DNA of 64,000 nucleotides from positions 310,001 to 374,000 of the forward strand of contig CBFDEM010000020.1 in NCBI GenBank assembly GCA_965603825.1. Reading direction: 5' to 3'. The notes below the pieces were generated by a model, which made no database searches, was not told the origin of the DNA, and saw nothing but the letters and a program-made list of their open reading frames with translations. Source of the stretch: Blepharisma stoltei ATCC 30299. Taxonomy: Eukaryota; Protista; Ciliophora. The position numbers were made by a program, and so were the translations under genes. Below, piece by piece: positions 1 through 12,884 of the stretch. Position 1 is the stretch's first letter, and every line of letters starts with the position of its first letter.

Positions 1-1515
1 AATGAAAAAGCAACTCACAGCTCTCCAATTTAAAAAAATCTTTTGATCAATCTAATTCAAATTTTCAAAGTGTAACCAATAATTTAGGAATTTTATTACA
101 CAGAACTGTCCTTAGGAACACCACTACAAGAATTTACTTTTCTAATTAATATAAACACAGAATGGACTTGGGTTGAAGATTTTGAATCTAAAAATTACCT
201 CGGTAAGCATCAATTCAACTCAAAGCTATCCTCAAGTTTTTCAAATTCAACTGATAGGAAAGTTCTGAAAAGTCTCGAGGGAGAAATCAGTGGGTATAAA
301 TGCACTGAAAATTTAGCAATAAACAATTTTCTTATTCAGAATCAATCATTTATTTTAGTTGACTATCATTCTGGCATAAAAGGGATCTCAAAAGACGGAG
401 TTTTTGGGTTAGGGGTTGATTCATCAAGCGAAGAGGGCTCTTATATACATGCATTACAAAAGCAAGGGAAAATTTCACGGAAGCAGTTTTCCTTATATAT
501 TGCATCCTCAGAATGAAATTTGCCAAGCTCAAATCTGATAATTGATGGAGATAATCTTTTTAAATACTCATCAGAAAGTGCTTTTACATATATTAGCCTC
601 ACAAATTCAAGCAGATTTTGAGAAGTTCCGTGCGATTCTGTGACATTTGGAGGTGCAGTTTATTTAGAAGCTAATAGAACAATTTTTGAAACAGTATCTA
701 GCATGATTGCTGGACCAGAGACTGCTATTTCTGATATTTTAAAAACTTTATCAACAGAATATGGATGTGAAACAGACAGCTTCGAAAATTATAAATGCGG
801 CTGTGAAGATAAATATCCCGATATGACTTTTTATTTTGAAGGTCATGGTTTTACTATTAAATACACCGACTATTTGAAGGAAATTGATGGAGTTTGCTAC
901 CCGATATTCAAGCATAGCAGTGATGCTCAATATTGGAGTTTAGGAACGAATTTTATGAAGAGATTTTATATCAGCTTTGATCTGGATAAAAAGCAGGTTG
1001 GATTGGCAAAAGCTAGACTTCTTAAAGCTTCTGCTAAAGTAAATGCTCCTCCTATCTCTAAAAGTTCTGCAAGTGATCAGCAAGAAGCAAACATCACTGC
1101 AGCTAATACGAACCAAGTATCTGCTGCTGCAAACTCTACAACAAATTCTGGATCTTCGAACTCAAGTGACTTATCAGCAGGTGAGATAGCTTTAATAGTT
1201 GTTTTGCCTTCAGGAGTTCTTATCATTCTATTCTTTATTATCAAGTTTTTATTGTGGAGAAGGAGTCTGAGGGATCAAGAAGAGGAAGCTAAAATTGAGA
1301 AGCCTGCTATTAATAAAAGTGAGGAGCCTGCTAGCATAAAAGAAGAAAAAGAGGTCTTTGCTTCAGAATCTAATGAATTTGAGACTTCTCATCTTAGTTT
1401 TGATATTGGGAAAGAATTCTCAAAAGAAAGTGAGATCTATGAAAAAGAAAATATCCATAGATTTGCCATAATTAAGACTGATCATGACCAAGAGGAAAGC
1501 TCTGACAATGAGTAA
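1..1515 (+). CDS. Pepsin-family (A1) aspartic protease-like protein with C-terminal TM helix, 5'-partial, probably catalytically dead; exons <1..71 and 88..1515
   Basis: With TGA=Trp and intron 72-87 removed: YYTELSLGTPLQEFTFLININTEWTWV, DGVFGLG, FWEV, YWSLGTNFMKRFYISFDLDKKQVGLA. These match the pepsin motifs YY.I.IGTP.Q.F.V.FDTGS.LWV and WILGD.FL..YY..FD....VGFA. Hydrophobic IALIVVLPSGVLIILFFIIKFLLW near the C-terminus; stop TAA 1513-1515. Confidence 0.85.
72..87 (+). other. 16-nt spliceosomal intron GTAACCAATAATTTAG
   Basis: GT...AG with A at -6. Removal joins an open frame-3 segment to the frame-1 YYTELSLGTP motif; retaining it leaves TAA at 73-75 in frame 1. Confidence 0.75.
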
Positions 1516-1894
1516 ATTAATAATTTATGACAAAAGCTATATATAACTTCTCGAGTATAATGCTTTTATTTTAATCTAATTGGGTCATCTTATTAAAATA
1601 AATTATTGCTAAAATATTCTTAAAATTTCAATAGATTATGAATAGAAATTGATGCCTTTAATATTTTTTACCTTATAATTATATAAAAGCATAAGAAGAT
1701 GTGGACTAATTAAACTCACAAGACAGTCAATCTCCTAATTTTCATTGAAAGATAAGTTAAATATGAAATACTCTCTGATTATTAACCAAGTAATGTTATG
1801 GCTACAATATGCCTGATTTTAGTGTCAAATCTGGCAACATAATCAACCCAAATCAACTTGTGATTTTAGATTTTATAGAATATGAAAATAAATT

Positions 1895-3142
1895 ATGGAA
1901 TCGATTTCATCAAGCAGTAAAACAAGGGCAATGCTGAATTCTCAAACACAAGCTGGCTTTGAGCAAAATACAATCAGAATAGGGCCTCCCGGATCTCTCA
2001 GAGAAGCATATAATTATTCCTTTGAAATGAACGCTGTCACATCTGAAAATGAAAGTGGCAGTAGTAAGAAAATCTCCCATCATTTATCTTCATATTACGC
2101 ATCAGATCAATCAAAGCATGACTCATCTGACACTAAGCTTAAAGCCGAAGAATCTAAAAGTATTGAGAATTTAGAATCCAATAACCCCATCTCAACCGAT
2201 ACCAAGCAAGATATGCGACGTCAAGAGGACATAGCCCAAATAAAAATCAAAGGTGTTAATAAACTCGAAACATCTCATGATATAGATGGTGAAGAAAGCT
2301 CTAGAGACGAAAAAAAAGAGAATGCTAAAGAGATTTCTGAGGAGTCTAAAAATGTGCTCTTTAAAGTTAACCCCTGTGATATAAGAGCACTATTTACGTT
2401 TACAAAAAAGAAAAAGAAGGAGAAGAACAATTGCCTCATATACTACGACATTCTTATTAATAAATATCCAAACTTTGGAAGTTTATACGTTATTATGGCA
2501 AGGGCTTTCTATTTGTTTAAACTAAATGACGAAGCATACAACTCTTGCAACAAAATTATTGAAAAAGAGGCTTTTTTCCAAATGCTTTATCAATTGGCTT
2601 ATTTTAACCCGCCGTCTAATGTGAAACTCAGTTTTGGGTGAAGAAATTACTCAATAAGCAAGTGGCGCTTTTGTAATGGCTGCGAGTATCAATTTAACTA
2701 TCATAGAGATACTCAATACTTATGCATGTATTGCTGCGGTTGATTTTGTAAAGATTGTCACAAAAAAGAGGCTCCAGACCAAGATATATGCCATCACCAT
2801 TTTACCTATATAATCAAGCTTTCACATAATGACCTTCTTCTAGATAATCTCAGAATTGGAATTTGGAGAGATTTCGATAAGCAAATCATCTGTGCAAGTC
2901 AAAGATTAACCTATAATCTGCCGTTTGAGCCCGAAAATGCATGTGTAGCTTGTCAGGGAAAAAAATCACCTGTTTGGTACCAGTGCTCGTATTGCCCTAA
3001 AGTGAGCTTTTGCATACGATGCCAGCAAAATTATGATTCTTTCGATAATTCTACACACTTAGCAGCACTCAAACATAAGCATGAAGATTCGCACGTCATG
3101 ATAAAAATAGTGATTCCTAGTTCAAGCATAAATCAATTATAA
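1895..3142 (+). CDS. Protein with low-complexity N-terminus, TPR-like helix and two ZZ-type zinc-finger-like domains
   Basis: Reading through TGA 2639 and 2740 gives CNGC..YLCMYCCGWFCKDCH and CVAC..WYQCSYCPKVSFCIRC..H..H; stop TAA 3140-3142. Confidence 0.75.
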
Positions 3143-4025
3143 ATTTAAAATGCAAATTTTAGATACTCTTAAGAGAATTATCTGAAATGAGAGGAAGAAA
3201 CTTAATTTTGTTGTAATAGGGAAATTAATTTCTTTCAATTTAAATTGGGAAAGAAATTTAGCAGTTTGAATGAGTTTTCTATAATTTAATATTAAAGATT
3301 TAGATTGCTAAGGTGTTTATTAGGAGAAAAACTAACTAAATACTTACTAATCTCTCGAATTTAAAGAAGCATCTTTCAACTAATTTATACAGCATTCAAA
3401 CTTTTATTGTTTATATAATTAAGGTTTTGACAGCTTTAATAATTTTGTAATTGTTTTTACAAGGGATGGGAAAATCTTCAAATTTAATAGATTTGCCAAA
3501 AAGAATTTTTTGAATAATTGCTAATAGCGGTAAATATGGAATTTGAATAATGGGCATTTTCTTAATTTGAAATTGCCAAAAAGCTTTAACCTAACCTTAT
3601 TCTCAAATCAAATGATAAATTTGTATGGAACCAAATCGAGGTTATGGAGACAAAGTAGCTATATAAGGCATTATTGAATGATAAAGCTCGGTTTTGGTTA
3701 ACTAAATATAATAAGAGAATTAAAAAAATGAAAATAGTATACAGCAATAACACTTCACTACAAAGGCTATTAAGAAAAAAGAATTTCATGATAAGGCATT
3801 GATAAATTTTGCACTTAGAAATCAGATTTTCAATATTATGATTATAAGTAGGGTTCCGACTAAGTTGAATCCAAAAATATAATTTAGCATAATTATTAGC
3901 TATTTCTGAAAAAGTAGGTTAATTTCTTTTCATATATCGCATATCATTTTAGACTTAAAAGATTATTTGCGTGCTTTTGCATGTCCATTAATAAAAAAAA
4001 TTTGTAGAAATGATATAATAATTTC

Positions 4026-5300
4026 ATGGTTGATATTTTAGATAGCTATTATAGTTCTTTCGAAGCTGAGGATTACCATTTGGGGAACTCGTCCACTCTA
4101 AAAAAGGTAACCTTTAAGAAATGGTCTAAAGGCTCCCAATACCCTCGCACAGGGGTTATGAAAATATTCTTAAGATGTCGAGAAGAATTCCAAAAGGAAG
4201 CCCATTACCTGATGCGTGCTTCAAAGTGCCATCATGGTATTGTGCAGTTCTATCATGAGATGGTAGTGAATGGGCAGTATCACATTTTTATGGAGTATTG
4301 CGAAAAAGATAGTCTAGGAGATATCATTTCAAATAAGTGCCAAAATAAAGTCCTATTAAGCATAACTCAGCAATTAAAATATTTTGTAACCATCACAGAA
4401 GCACTCGCTGCATTGCACGAAGCTGGAATCGCCCATAGAGATATCAAGCCAAATAATATTTTCCTCAACGAAAGCAACGAAATAAAAATCGGCGATTTTG
4501 GAGAGTCAAAGGAAATCCGTTTTGGCGAGCAAAATACTGTCTTAGGCACTTGCACATATATGTCTCCTTTTTTAGCTAAATGCTTTGAAAAAAAAATATT
4601 CAAAAGCAAATTAATTGACCCTTTTAAAGAAGATGTATGATCTGCTGGAAAAACTTTATATGAATTCGCTATTATGAGCGTATATACTAGCTTGCCTAAG
4701 TCTGAGGACAAGTTAAAAAATAGGGTTAGGAGTGATATGACAGGATATGGATTTCCTGATGAAGTAATAGAAATCGTTTTAGATATGCTGATATATGATC
4801 ATAAAATTAGACCCAGTATGGCTGAAATCTGCGAACGGCTTAAATCAGCTTATTTTAGTGAAATGGCAGCTCAGAATTTAGAGCATCAGCCCTTAGATGA
4901 TGCATATGCAACAGATAATCAAGATTTTAAAGAAGAGGGGGTGGATTTGAATGATTGAAAACTAACAAAAAATGGTCAAGATTTAAATGATTTCTCACTT
5001 AGTTCTTTTTGTGTGAAAAGCGAAAACCCTGCTCCCAAATTATTAGAAAAGCAAGATGTGAAGATAGATAGTACTGAACAAAATCAACTCAATGAATATA
5101 GTAATTTAAAATTATGTCTGAAAAATGACTCATTTATGCATGGCTGTGGAAAAGAAATAGATAGAGACACATTTATCTCTTTTATTAAAGAAGTTCTTCT
5201 AATAGAAACAGATTATTCAAATGTTGCTTGCAGCTTTTGCGGAAATGCTCTTCCTAAAGAAATTTTTAGCAGCAAAGCTTGAGATATTGAGGAGATATAA
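4026..5300 (+). CDS. Ser/Thr protein kinase with C-terminal degenerate Cys/His (RING-like) segment
   Basis: HRDIKPNN, DFG, GTCTYMSP, EDV-W(TGA 4638)-SAG. Three ORF fragments share one frame; stop TAA 5298-5300. Confidence 0.88.
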
Positions 5301-5617
5301 CTACTGAAAAGCTCTAGAAATTATAAATAAATAATTAGACTGCGTAAATTACTTTAAAAATATATATAAATTTTTTAAATTTGGAAATTTTGAAATGAAA
5401 TTTTAATAATTATGAAAACTTTTGTTTAAGGATGAAAGCTGTTTAATTTAATAAAATTAAATTTTTTTTATTTAAAAGCTCTGGTTTTAGGAAGAAAGTT
5501 AGCTCATCACCCATATAATCATGTTAAAAACGAAAAAGGCTTTCCAATATCTTCTGCAGGCCTTAAAAGAATTTTCATTAGCTTTCGGCTAATTCATAAA
5601 TTATTTTATTAGATTAC

Positions 5618-5685
5618 CAAATTATTAATTTAAAATTTATCAAATTATTAATTTAAAAATTTATTTACCAAATATTAATTTAAAA
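5618..5685. repeat. Three imperfect direct repeats of CAAAT(T)ATTAATTTAAAA
   Basis: Copies at 5618-5635, 5641-5658 and 5669-5685; the last contains the stop codon of the minus-strand gene. Confidence 0.6.
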
Positions 5686-6408
5686 CTTGGCTCTTCCTCT
5701 CCTCCTCTTTTTACAACCTCGATTTGCTTTTTTAATTGGGAGTTTTTCATTAGGTTCTTTACCATTCACATTATCCTCCTGGGTATTTTTTCCTACATCA
5801 TCTGTGACCTTTTTATTAAGAAGGCCTTTTCATTGTTCAATCCTTTGCTCAATTTTTGATATATCTTTTATTTCAATATCTGGATGCTTAGCAAACGGAT
5901 TTCCTTCAACACATTCAACCTCATCTGAGCTTTCTTCTTGGCCTTCGCTTTGCTCACTTAGTCTTTCAACACGATCTTTGATAAGATTCTTTGCTTCTTC
6001 GAGGCTTAAAATAAGAGCTTGTTCTTCATCAGATGGGGAAAGCTTCGGTATTTCTTCAATGGAGTTGATCTTAGAGATGAAAGTCAAGTAGTAGTCAATT
6101 TCTTTGTTTATAGACTTAATTTCATAATTCAGGCTTCTCAAAATTTCGCTTATAATGACATTTGCATTTAAAATACATTTGGACTTGGAGTTTATGAGAT
6201 CTTCAACTGCGCTTTTCAAGTGTCTCGTTAACTCTATCTTATTCTCCTTTAAAGGTTTGGAGAAAAGAGGCTCTGTTAAATGACCTTTTCCCTGTTTCAA
6301 ACTTATATGGTCAAGAATATGAGTTTTGCAGACAATTACACCTGATCCTTGACAGCGGCAGAGGATACTAGGTTTTTCTTCACAAAAGGGATAGAAACAT
6401 TGCAGCAT
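5680..6408 (-). CDS. B-box-like Cys/His N-terminus plus coiled-coil protein, basic C-terminus
   Basis: MLQCFYPFC..CRC..VCKTHILDH. Reading through TGA 5830-5832 ends ...KKRRRGRAKF at TAA 5680-5682. Confidence 0.7.
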
Positions 6409-6812
6409 GATTTGAAATTATCTTGATTCTTCCAAACGAGCTATTTATTTTAGTGAGTTTTAAATTAATTAAAGATTAATAAGTCACTATTGAGGCAGCA
6501 TTGAATTGTAATTTAATGTTGAATTAGTTTTTAAATTTGGAAATAAATTCTTTTCTGATATATAAACCTTATTTCTCAAATATTATGTTAGCTGGATTAT
6601 AAAATATGATAAAAATTTATAACACTAACTTTTGCATTAGTCTTCAATACATCTAAAGCTCCGAGCTTATTAAGTCTAAGAATATGTGTATATTACTGTG
6701 TAAACAGAATAATCTAGTATTTCAGATTCATTATATCAAAATTTTCACTATAAATTAGGCTACTAATGGTTACACTTGCCGATTTTGCTTAGTTTTATTG
6801 CAATATTAAGAA

Positions 6813-7349
6813 TTATTTAAACTCATAAAGCTCTCTAGAAGTAAACTCAAGAGCAAAGCTTTTCCTTATAATTGACTTGAAAGGCCGAGTCAGCGTGTAG
6901 TAAATCAGCCAAAAGATTTTGCAATATTCTCCCCATAGTATTAAGAAATGCCATCAAAGACGCATATGAACTTTCCCTAACACAAAACTGTTGGCATTGA
7001 TTTTAGGAACATTAAAAATTTGTCTTTTTAGATGCTCAACCTCTTGCTTTTTTCTGCTAATAGAAATTCAAACCATCATGCAATAAATCACAACTCCTGC
7101 AATTTTTAGGGTTTCTTTGCTAAATAAAAGGTTGCTTAAGAACTTCAAAACACCTAGAAAACGGTGGGACTTTTTGTACTCGCATTTACAAATTTCACAC
7201 TTCTTAATGCTGTTCTGATGATTTAAATCCCAAAGCTGAAGGCATTTCTGATGCACATACCTTTGTGTTCCTTTGCAATTACATGGTGATATCATTTTGC
7301 AAGGCAACTCACTTTCTAAGCATATTCTGCAGGTTTCCATTTCCAGCAT
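6813..7349 (-). CDS. RING-CH (RINGv/MARCH-type) E3 ligase-like protein with hydrophobic segments
   Basis: CRIC..MISPCNCKGTQRYVHQKCLQLW..CEIC; reads through two TGA to TAA 6813-6815. Confidence 0.85.
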
Positions 7350-7651
7350 TGAATTTATTAATATTCTTTAAATTGAGATTTTATTAAAATGAGCCGATCT
7401 TGCTTTCTTGAATCAAATGTATAAAATTGAAGAAGCTGCACTTTATTCCTCCTATAATGTGTACAATTGGGTATTAATAATATTAATGAAATTAGAAAAT
7501 ATCGACTCACAAGATTTTAAATTGAATAAGCCCAACTTTTTCAGAATAACTTATTCTTTTTTGATTTGATTTTGATTAGATTTCAGAGAATAGCAATTCG
7601 TACCGACAAGCAATATTAGCATTATTTAGCCTAAAATGAGCAATAAATTAT

Positions 7652-9091
7652 ATGGCTCTGTCAGAAATCAAAGAAGCTTTCCTATCATATCTCAACCGAG
7701 AAGGAGGTAAATTAGAACTGCTTAAAGCAAATCTTATTAAAAGTATATCAGAAATAAACTCAATGAAAAGGATTTTGGCAGACTACTTAAGAATTATAGA
7801 TGATGACATAGCTGAAAAAGTTTCTCAAATTGAAAGAGTTGAATCATCATCAGAAGAAGCTGAACTAAGTTCATTTTTGGGTTTTGACATCTCAGCGTTT
7901 TCATCACTAGAAACTTACGAAGTCTTTAAGCCAAAAAATGATTTTAACTATTCAGTGTTGGAAAATATAATCAGGGATGTCCTAAAGCTTTCAAATAAAC
8001 TCAGCTTAATTGGAGTATCTTCAGGTAATTCCCCAATTGAAATTATCAATGATTTTGAAAAAGAGCAACAAAAACCTCAAAAGAAAATAAGGGAAATTTC
8101 TAAAAATGATAATGCAATGGAGGCTCTAACCTCGAGGCCAAAAAGGTTTCTGAGCAATAAGAGGCAAACAATTAAAAGCCAATTATCGAAAACAAGGAAA
8201 ATTATCCAATGCAAAGAGATGATTCCAGAAAAAGGAGAACTTATGCAAGAGAATCAAATTGAGCCTAAAGAAATCTATGGGCAATTACACTTAAGCTCAG
8301 ATAGCTCTAGAAAATGCCTTTATTTAACAGATAAAGGTACAAACAATTTAACAAAGTTGATAATTTACGATACAGAAACAAGACAGCAAGAAATAAAACT
8401 TATTGAAACTCCCGAGCCACTTAATATGTTTACCTGCATAGTAGAGCTCCCTGATTCAAAAATATTTTGCTTTGGAAGCAACCCAGGATCAGGAGTATGC
8501 TATATCATTGACAAATTGCAAAATATTCAATTAATGCCACCTGGAACGCCAAGCAGAAATTCAGGAGCTGTCTATTTCGATAACAGTGTGTATATATTCG
8601 GGGGTGCATATCACCAAACAAATTTAAATTTAGCAGAAAAATTTGACCTGATCGAGCAAAGGTGAATCAAGCTACAACAGCTTCCAACAGCAACTTACAA
8701 TTGTTCTTGTGCAGAAATGAAAAATAACTTTTACATTTCTGGATTTCACCATTCTATAATTTACAGATTTGATCCTATTCGAAACACTTATACTGAATTG
8801 TCTCTGAAAGTCAAAAGCTTTACACAGAAACTTTTATTTTCCGAAAACTCCAAAAAGGTATATGTAGTTGAAGCTGGTGGCAGTATTTACTCAAATGAAA
8901 TTGAAAATGAAGACAGCTGGCATTTGCTTTCAAACTCAATACTCTGCTATTATGATCAAGTTTTCCTTGCTTATGGAGATCGGTCTGTAAATATTGGCTT
9001 GAATTATTGAAAAGACTGTTATAATTGTCATTATTTCAAATTCTGTTTCGATAGTAAAACGCTTTCGTTGGGGCAAGAGTATAAAGCTTAA
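7652..9091 (+). CDS. Coiled-coil plus Kelch-repeat protein
   Basis: VYIFGG..AEKFDLIEQR-W(TGA 8663)-IKLQQLP Kelch repeat; stop TAA 9089-9091. Confidence 0.85.
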
Positions 9092-9126
9092 CTGTATAAA
9101 TAAAAAAATAATCTTGATATATAAAA

Positions 9127-11706
9127 ATGACTGAGAAATCAGAACTTAATAGAATTCATGAGCAATACCTGCTTGAAAAATTGTTAAAGAATCACGAAAG
9201 CATTCAATGCATTCAAAACATAATGAAGAGACCAAATAAGGATCCAAGCTTTAGCTATGATGAATTAAACAAGCATGGAAATAAAAATTATCTAATTTTG
9301 TATTATAAGAAGAAACAAATTGAACCAGTTTCATATATGTCAGAAGCAGAACTTTATAGAGATTACCAAGTCTCCATGAGTAAAAGAATTGCGATGGAAA
9401 TTCCAAATCTAACAAATTCAATCATATTAAAAGAAAGCATTTTCAATAAAGTTAAGCTTATGCACGATAAAAATCTCCTTTACTGCCTTAAAGAGACTCT
9501 ATCTAACAATGCAAAGGCTATATTATCAGAAATTATTCTATTTTCAAGAGATTCTACTGAATTTGATATTTCAGCTAGCAATGCAATCACAATTTTGAAT
9601 TATACAAGCCATTTTATTAAAATGAAGGATTTTCATGGAATAAGAATCCCAGAAGCTGATTTATCTCAATGCAGCTTAGCCAATGTAAATTTTGAAAATA
9701 GTTTCTTGAAAGGTGCAAATTTATCTAATACTTTCTTTTACTGTTCAAATTTACAAAATTGCAATCTAGAGGATACTTATTTTGAGCAAAAAAGGCCAAT
9801 GCTTTTGAAAAATTCTCTTTATAAGTCTGAAATCACTATTTCTAGTTCTGGGAAATATATTGCTTATATTGAAAGCTCAAAAAGCAGAAGAAAGCTTGGC
9901 ATTGCCATAAGGAATATAATAACTCAAGAGATAATCACAGAAATTAACATAGATAGTGCTTATAAGCATGCATTTGAATTTTCAGCAGATGAAAAGTACC
10001 TTGCTATAGGATCTGATATCGATTTAAAGCTAATAGACTTAAATAACGGACAAATATCAATGTCTACTATGAAGGACTCTGAGAAGCTTGATTTTTTAAA
10101 ATTCTCATTTAACAGCAATCATATAGCCTTAGCCTCCTCAAAAATTATTTATTTATGATCTGTAAATTCAAAGTTAATATTAGTAAACATCATTAGAGAA
10201 GCATCGCTGATTAAAAATCTTCTATATTCAAAATTGTCAAATTTTATGATACTAATAGCAGAGGCAAGCATTAAGTTTTACGATTTATTTGGATATAGAT
10301 GTATGAGAGCAATATCTGGAAATTTTGAGAATATTACTTCAATTAATCTTTCTCCTTGCGAAAAGTACTTTATTCTTTTTGTTAAAGCGGAATTGAAGAT
10401 TATAAATATCGAAAACTTTGAAATAAAATTTAACAAAAAGTTTGATGCACCATTATTTGTCAGTATTTCTCCTTATGGGCAGTTTCTCTCGCTTAGCAAC
10501 TGTAGCAAATCTAAAATTTTCAACCTTGAGTCACAAATATTTTTAAATGAATTTAAATGCCATGAAAAGAAAGCAAAAAGAGTTATATTTTCGCCCAGAG
10601 GCGGGTTTTATTTAATGGCGAATGATGATTATTGCTTAAAATTCTTTAATTATGATGATAATATTGAATCCCATAAATTTTATGAAAAGAAAATTTATAG
10701 TATTTCTTTTTCAAGTCATCAAAAAAAGCATTATCTTGCTATCTCAAGATCAGATTCCTGTATAATATGAGACTTAGATAGTTACAGCCCAGTCTCTAAC
10801 ACTCCAGATTTTTACTTTTCTTCACAAGTTCTATTCATGCTCAGTGGGAAATTCTTGAAACTCTGGAATCCAACTACTCAAAATAAAACAAATTATCGAT
10901 TTAATGATGAAATAAATAAGATTGGAATTTCTCCCAGTGGAAAATATGCAGCGATTGCATATGGAGGGCAAACTGTTGAAATCAAAGATCTTGAATTAGA
11001 TATGACTTTAATTACATGAAACTCAAGGTTCGATGATATTTGTATTTCATCTTCTCCATGTGGGCAATATTTCGCTATTGCAGTTTATAATAAAAATGCA
11101 AATGGTTTTCATCCTTTACCAAAAAAAATTGTGATATGGGAAATCAGAACTAAGAAGAAAGAGTTTGAGCTTCCCATCAAAGATTTTGACATTAGAGCAC
11201 TGGCTTGTTCTCCTTATGGTCAGTACCTTACCTTTGGATATGAAGGAAAGCTGAACTTTTGAGATATCAAAAAGGGTAAAGAATTATTTTGCCTCTTTGG
11301 GCATAAAGCAAAAATTTCTTCAGCAGCATTTTCATTTTCAGGAGCTTTTCTTGCCTCTGGTAGCGAAGATAGAAGCATAATTTTATGGGCGATTGAAGAA
11401 AATAGCCAAGTTACAAAAATTGCACAAGTATTGGCACATTCTTCTTCGATTTTATCAATTACCTTTAGTTTATGCAATAAATATTTTATTTCATTGGGAC
11501 TTTATGGCGAAATATTTGTATGAAAAATAAAAAGAAATTTAAGTGGAAAAGATATAACTTTAAACTGGTCGAACAAAAATTTTCAAGGAGCAAGTGTTTT
11601 CAGTACAAACTTCAATAATTGTAAGCTGAGTCCAGAGAATAAAAATTTTATAGACTTTGCAAATAAATGAAATAGTCAACTTGAAATCGATGGATCATAT
11701 ATATAA
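9127..11706 (+). CDS. Pentapeptide-repeat plus WD40 protein
   Basis: SNAITIL..GIRIPEADLS..ANVNFENSFLKGANLSN pentapeptides; GHKAKISSAAFS..LASGSEDRSIILW WD40; six TGA, mostly at WD Trp positions; stop TAA 11704-11706. Confidence 0.85.
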
Positions 11707-12884
11707 AATTGAAATATTTAACTATCTAATCTGAAGCCTAAATTAATTTTACCTAATGTGATTTATTTTTAATAATATTTTTAAAACATATAATTATATT
11801 ATCTATTGCCTAAATTTCTGATCATGCATATGCATGTCATTTTGAATTTGGTATGTAAAAATCGAATATGCGTTTCAAAACGCAGATTTTAGTGCGGCAA
11901 ATTCTTAATTTGAAATTTCATATGAAAATGGCGCGTATAACGCCCATAAGAAATTTTGCCAACGGATTATATCTAATAAGCGATATGGGATTAGCAATCT
12001 CGCAAATTTAAGACAAAGTCTTTGGACATCAACCCTATTTTTCTTGCATTCTAAAACTAGGATATTAAACTCAATCTCATCTGTTAGATTTTGTCGATAT
12101 TAATTCAAATTCTGATAAAATTGTCTGAGCCTGATTTAAATAAGTCTATTCTGAAAATAATAAAATTTGTAATGTTCTCATTTTTTCAAATATCGCAAAC
12201 TGCACTCTTTTTTCTATTCTGCTTAAGCTACTTAGACCTCCAGAAAATCATTTGTTTGCAGTTACCCTAGAAAGAATTTATCTATTTATAATAATTGTTT
12301 CAGTAAACTTGTTTTTCTTAACACATTGGGTTTCAAGCATGACTATAACAGAGATCTCAATTTTTGTCATTGCTGCATGAGCTGCACATATCCACGCAGA
12401 TGCAATTAGATTCCCTTTTAAAATATATTTGGACAATTCTCCTCTATTATGGTGCAATTCACCACTATGTAATAAGAAAATATCACTGTTTTAGTGTGTC
12501 TGCCCATATAACTAGTTGCCAGGTGAAATCCCTATTTTTGGAGAGAAGCCAGATACCTTAAACACTTAATTTAAATTATAACTTGATATTTATTCAAATT
12601 GATAGCTCCTACATTTGTATTAAAGAAGATGTCTGCCATTCTATTTTTTAAAGCAACCAAAAATGAATGAAGTTAATAAATTATGAAGTCCTTCATATAA
12701 ACATTTTATTCATCTTTTGAAGCTTAATAATACTACTCGAGCCTATCCCTCCTTTATATCAATAATTTATTATTATACTTACTCTAGCTTTTAAATAAAC
12801 TTAAAATGTTCATACACTAGTATTTTCTTTAAAATTTATATAAGAAAAAAATCTAATTTTGTTTCATATTTGCTCAAAAAATAA

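Noticed and set aside
3586-3789. 67-aa minus-strand ORF
   Set aside because: F/L/I-rich translation typical of AT-rich non-coding DNA.
6975-6982. CCCTAACA, a heterotrich telomere repeat unit
   Set aside because: Single copy inside the RING-CH CDS; expected by chance.
11800-12639. Minus-strand pseudogene or alternative-code ORF in the intergenic gap, and ORF 12364-12561
   Set aside because: About 15 TAA/TAG in 280 codons, near random expectation for this AT content; no recognisable domain.
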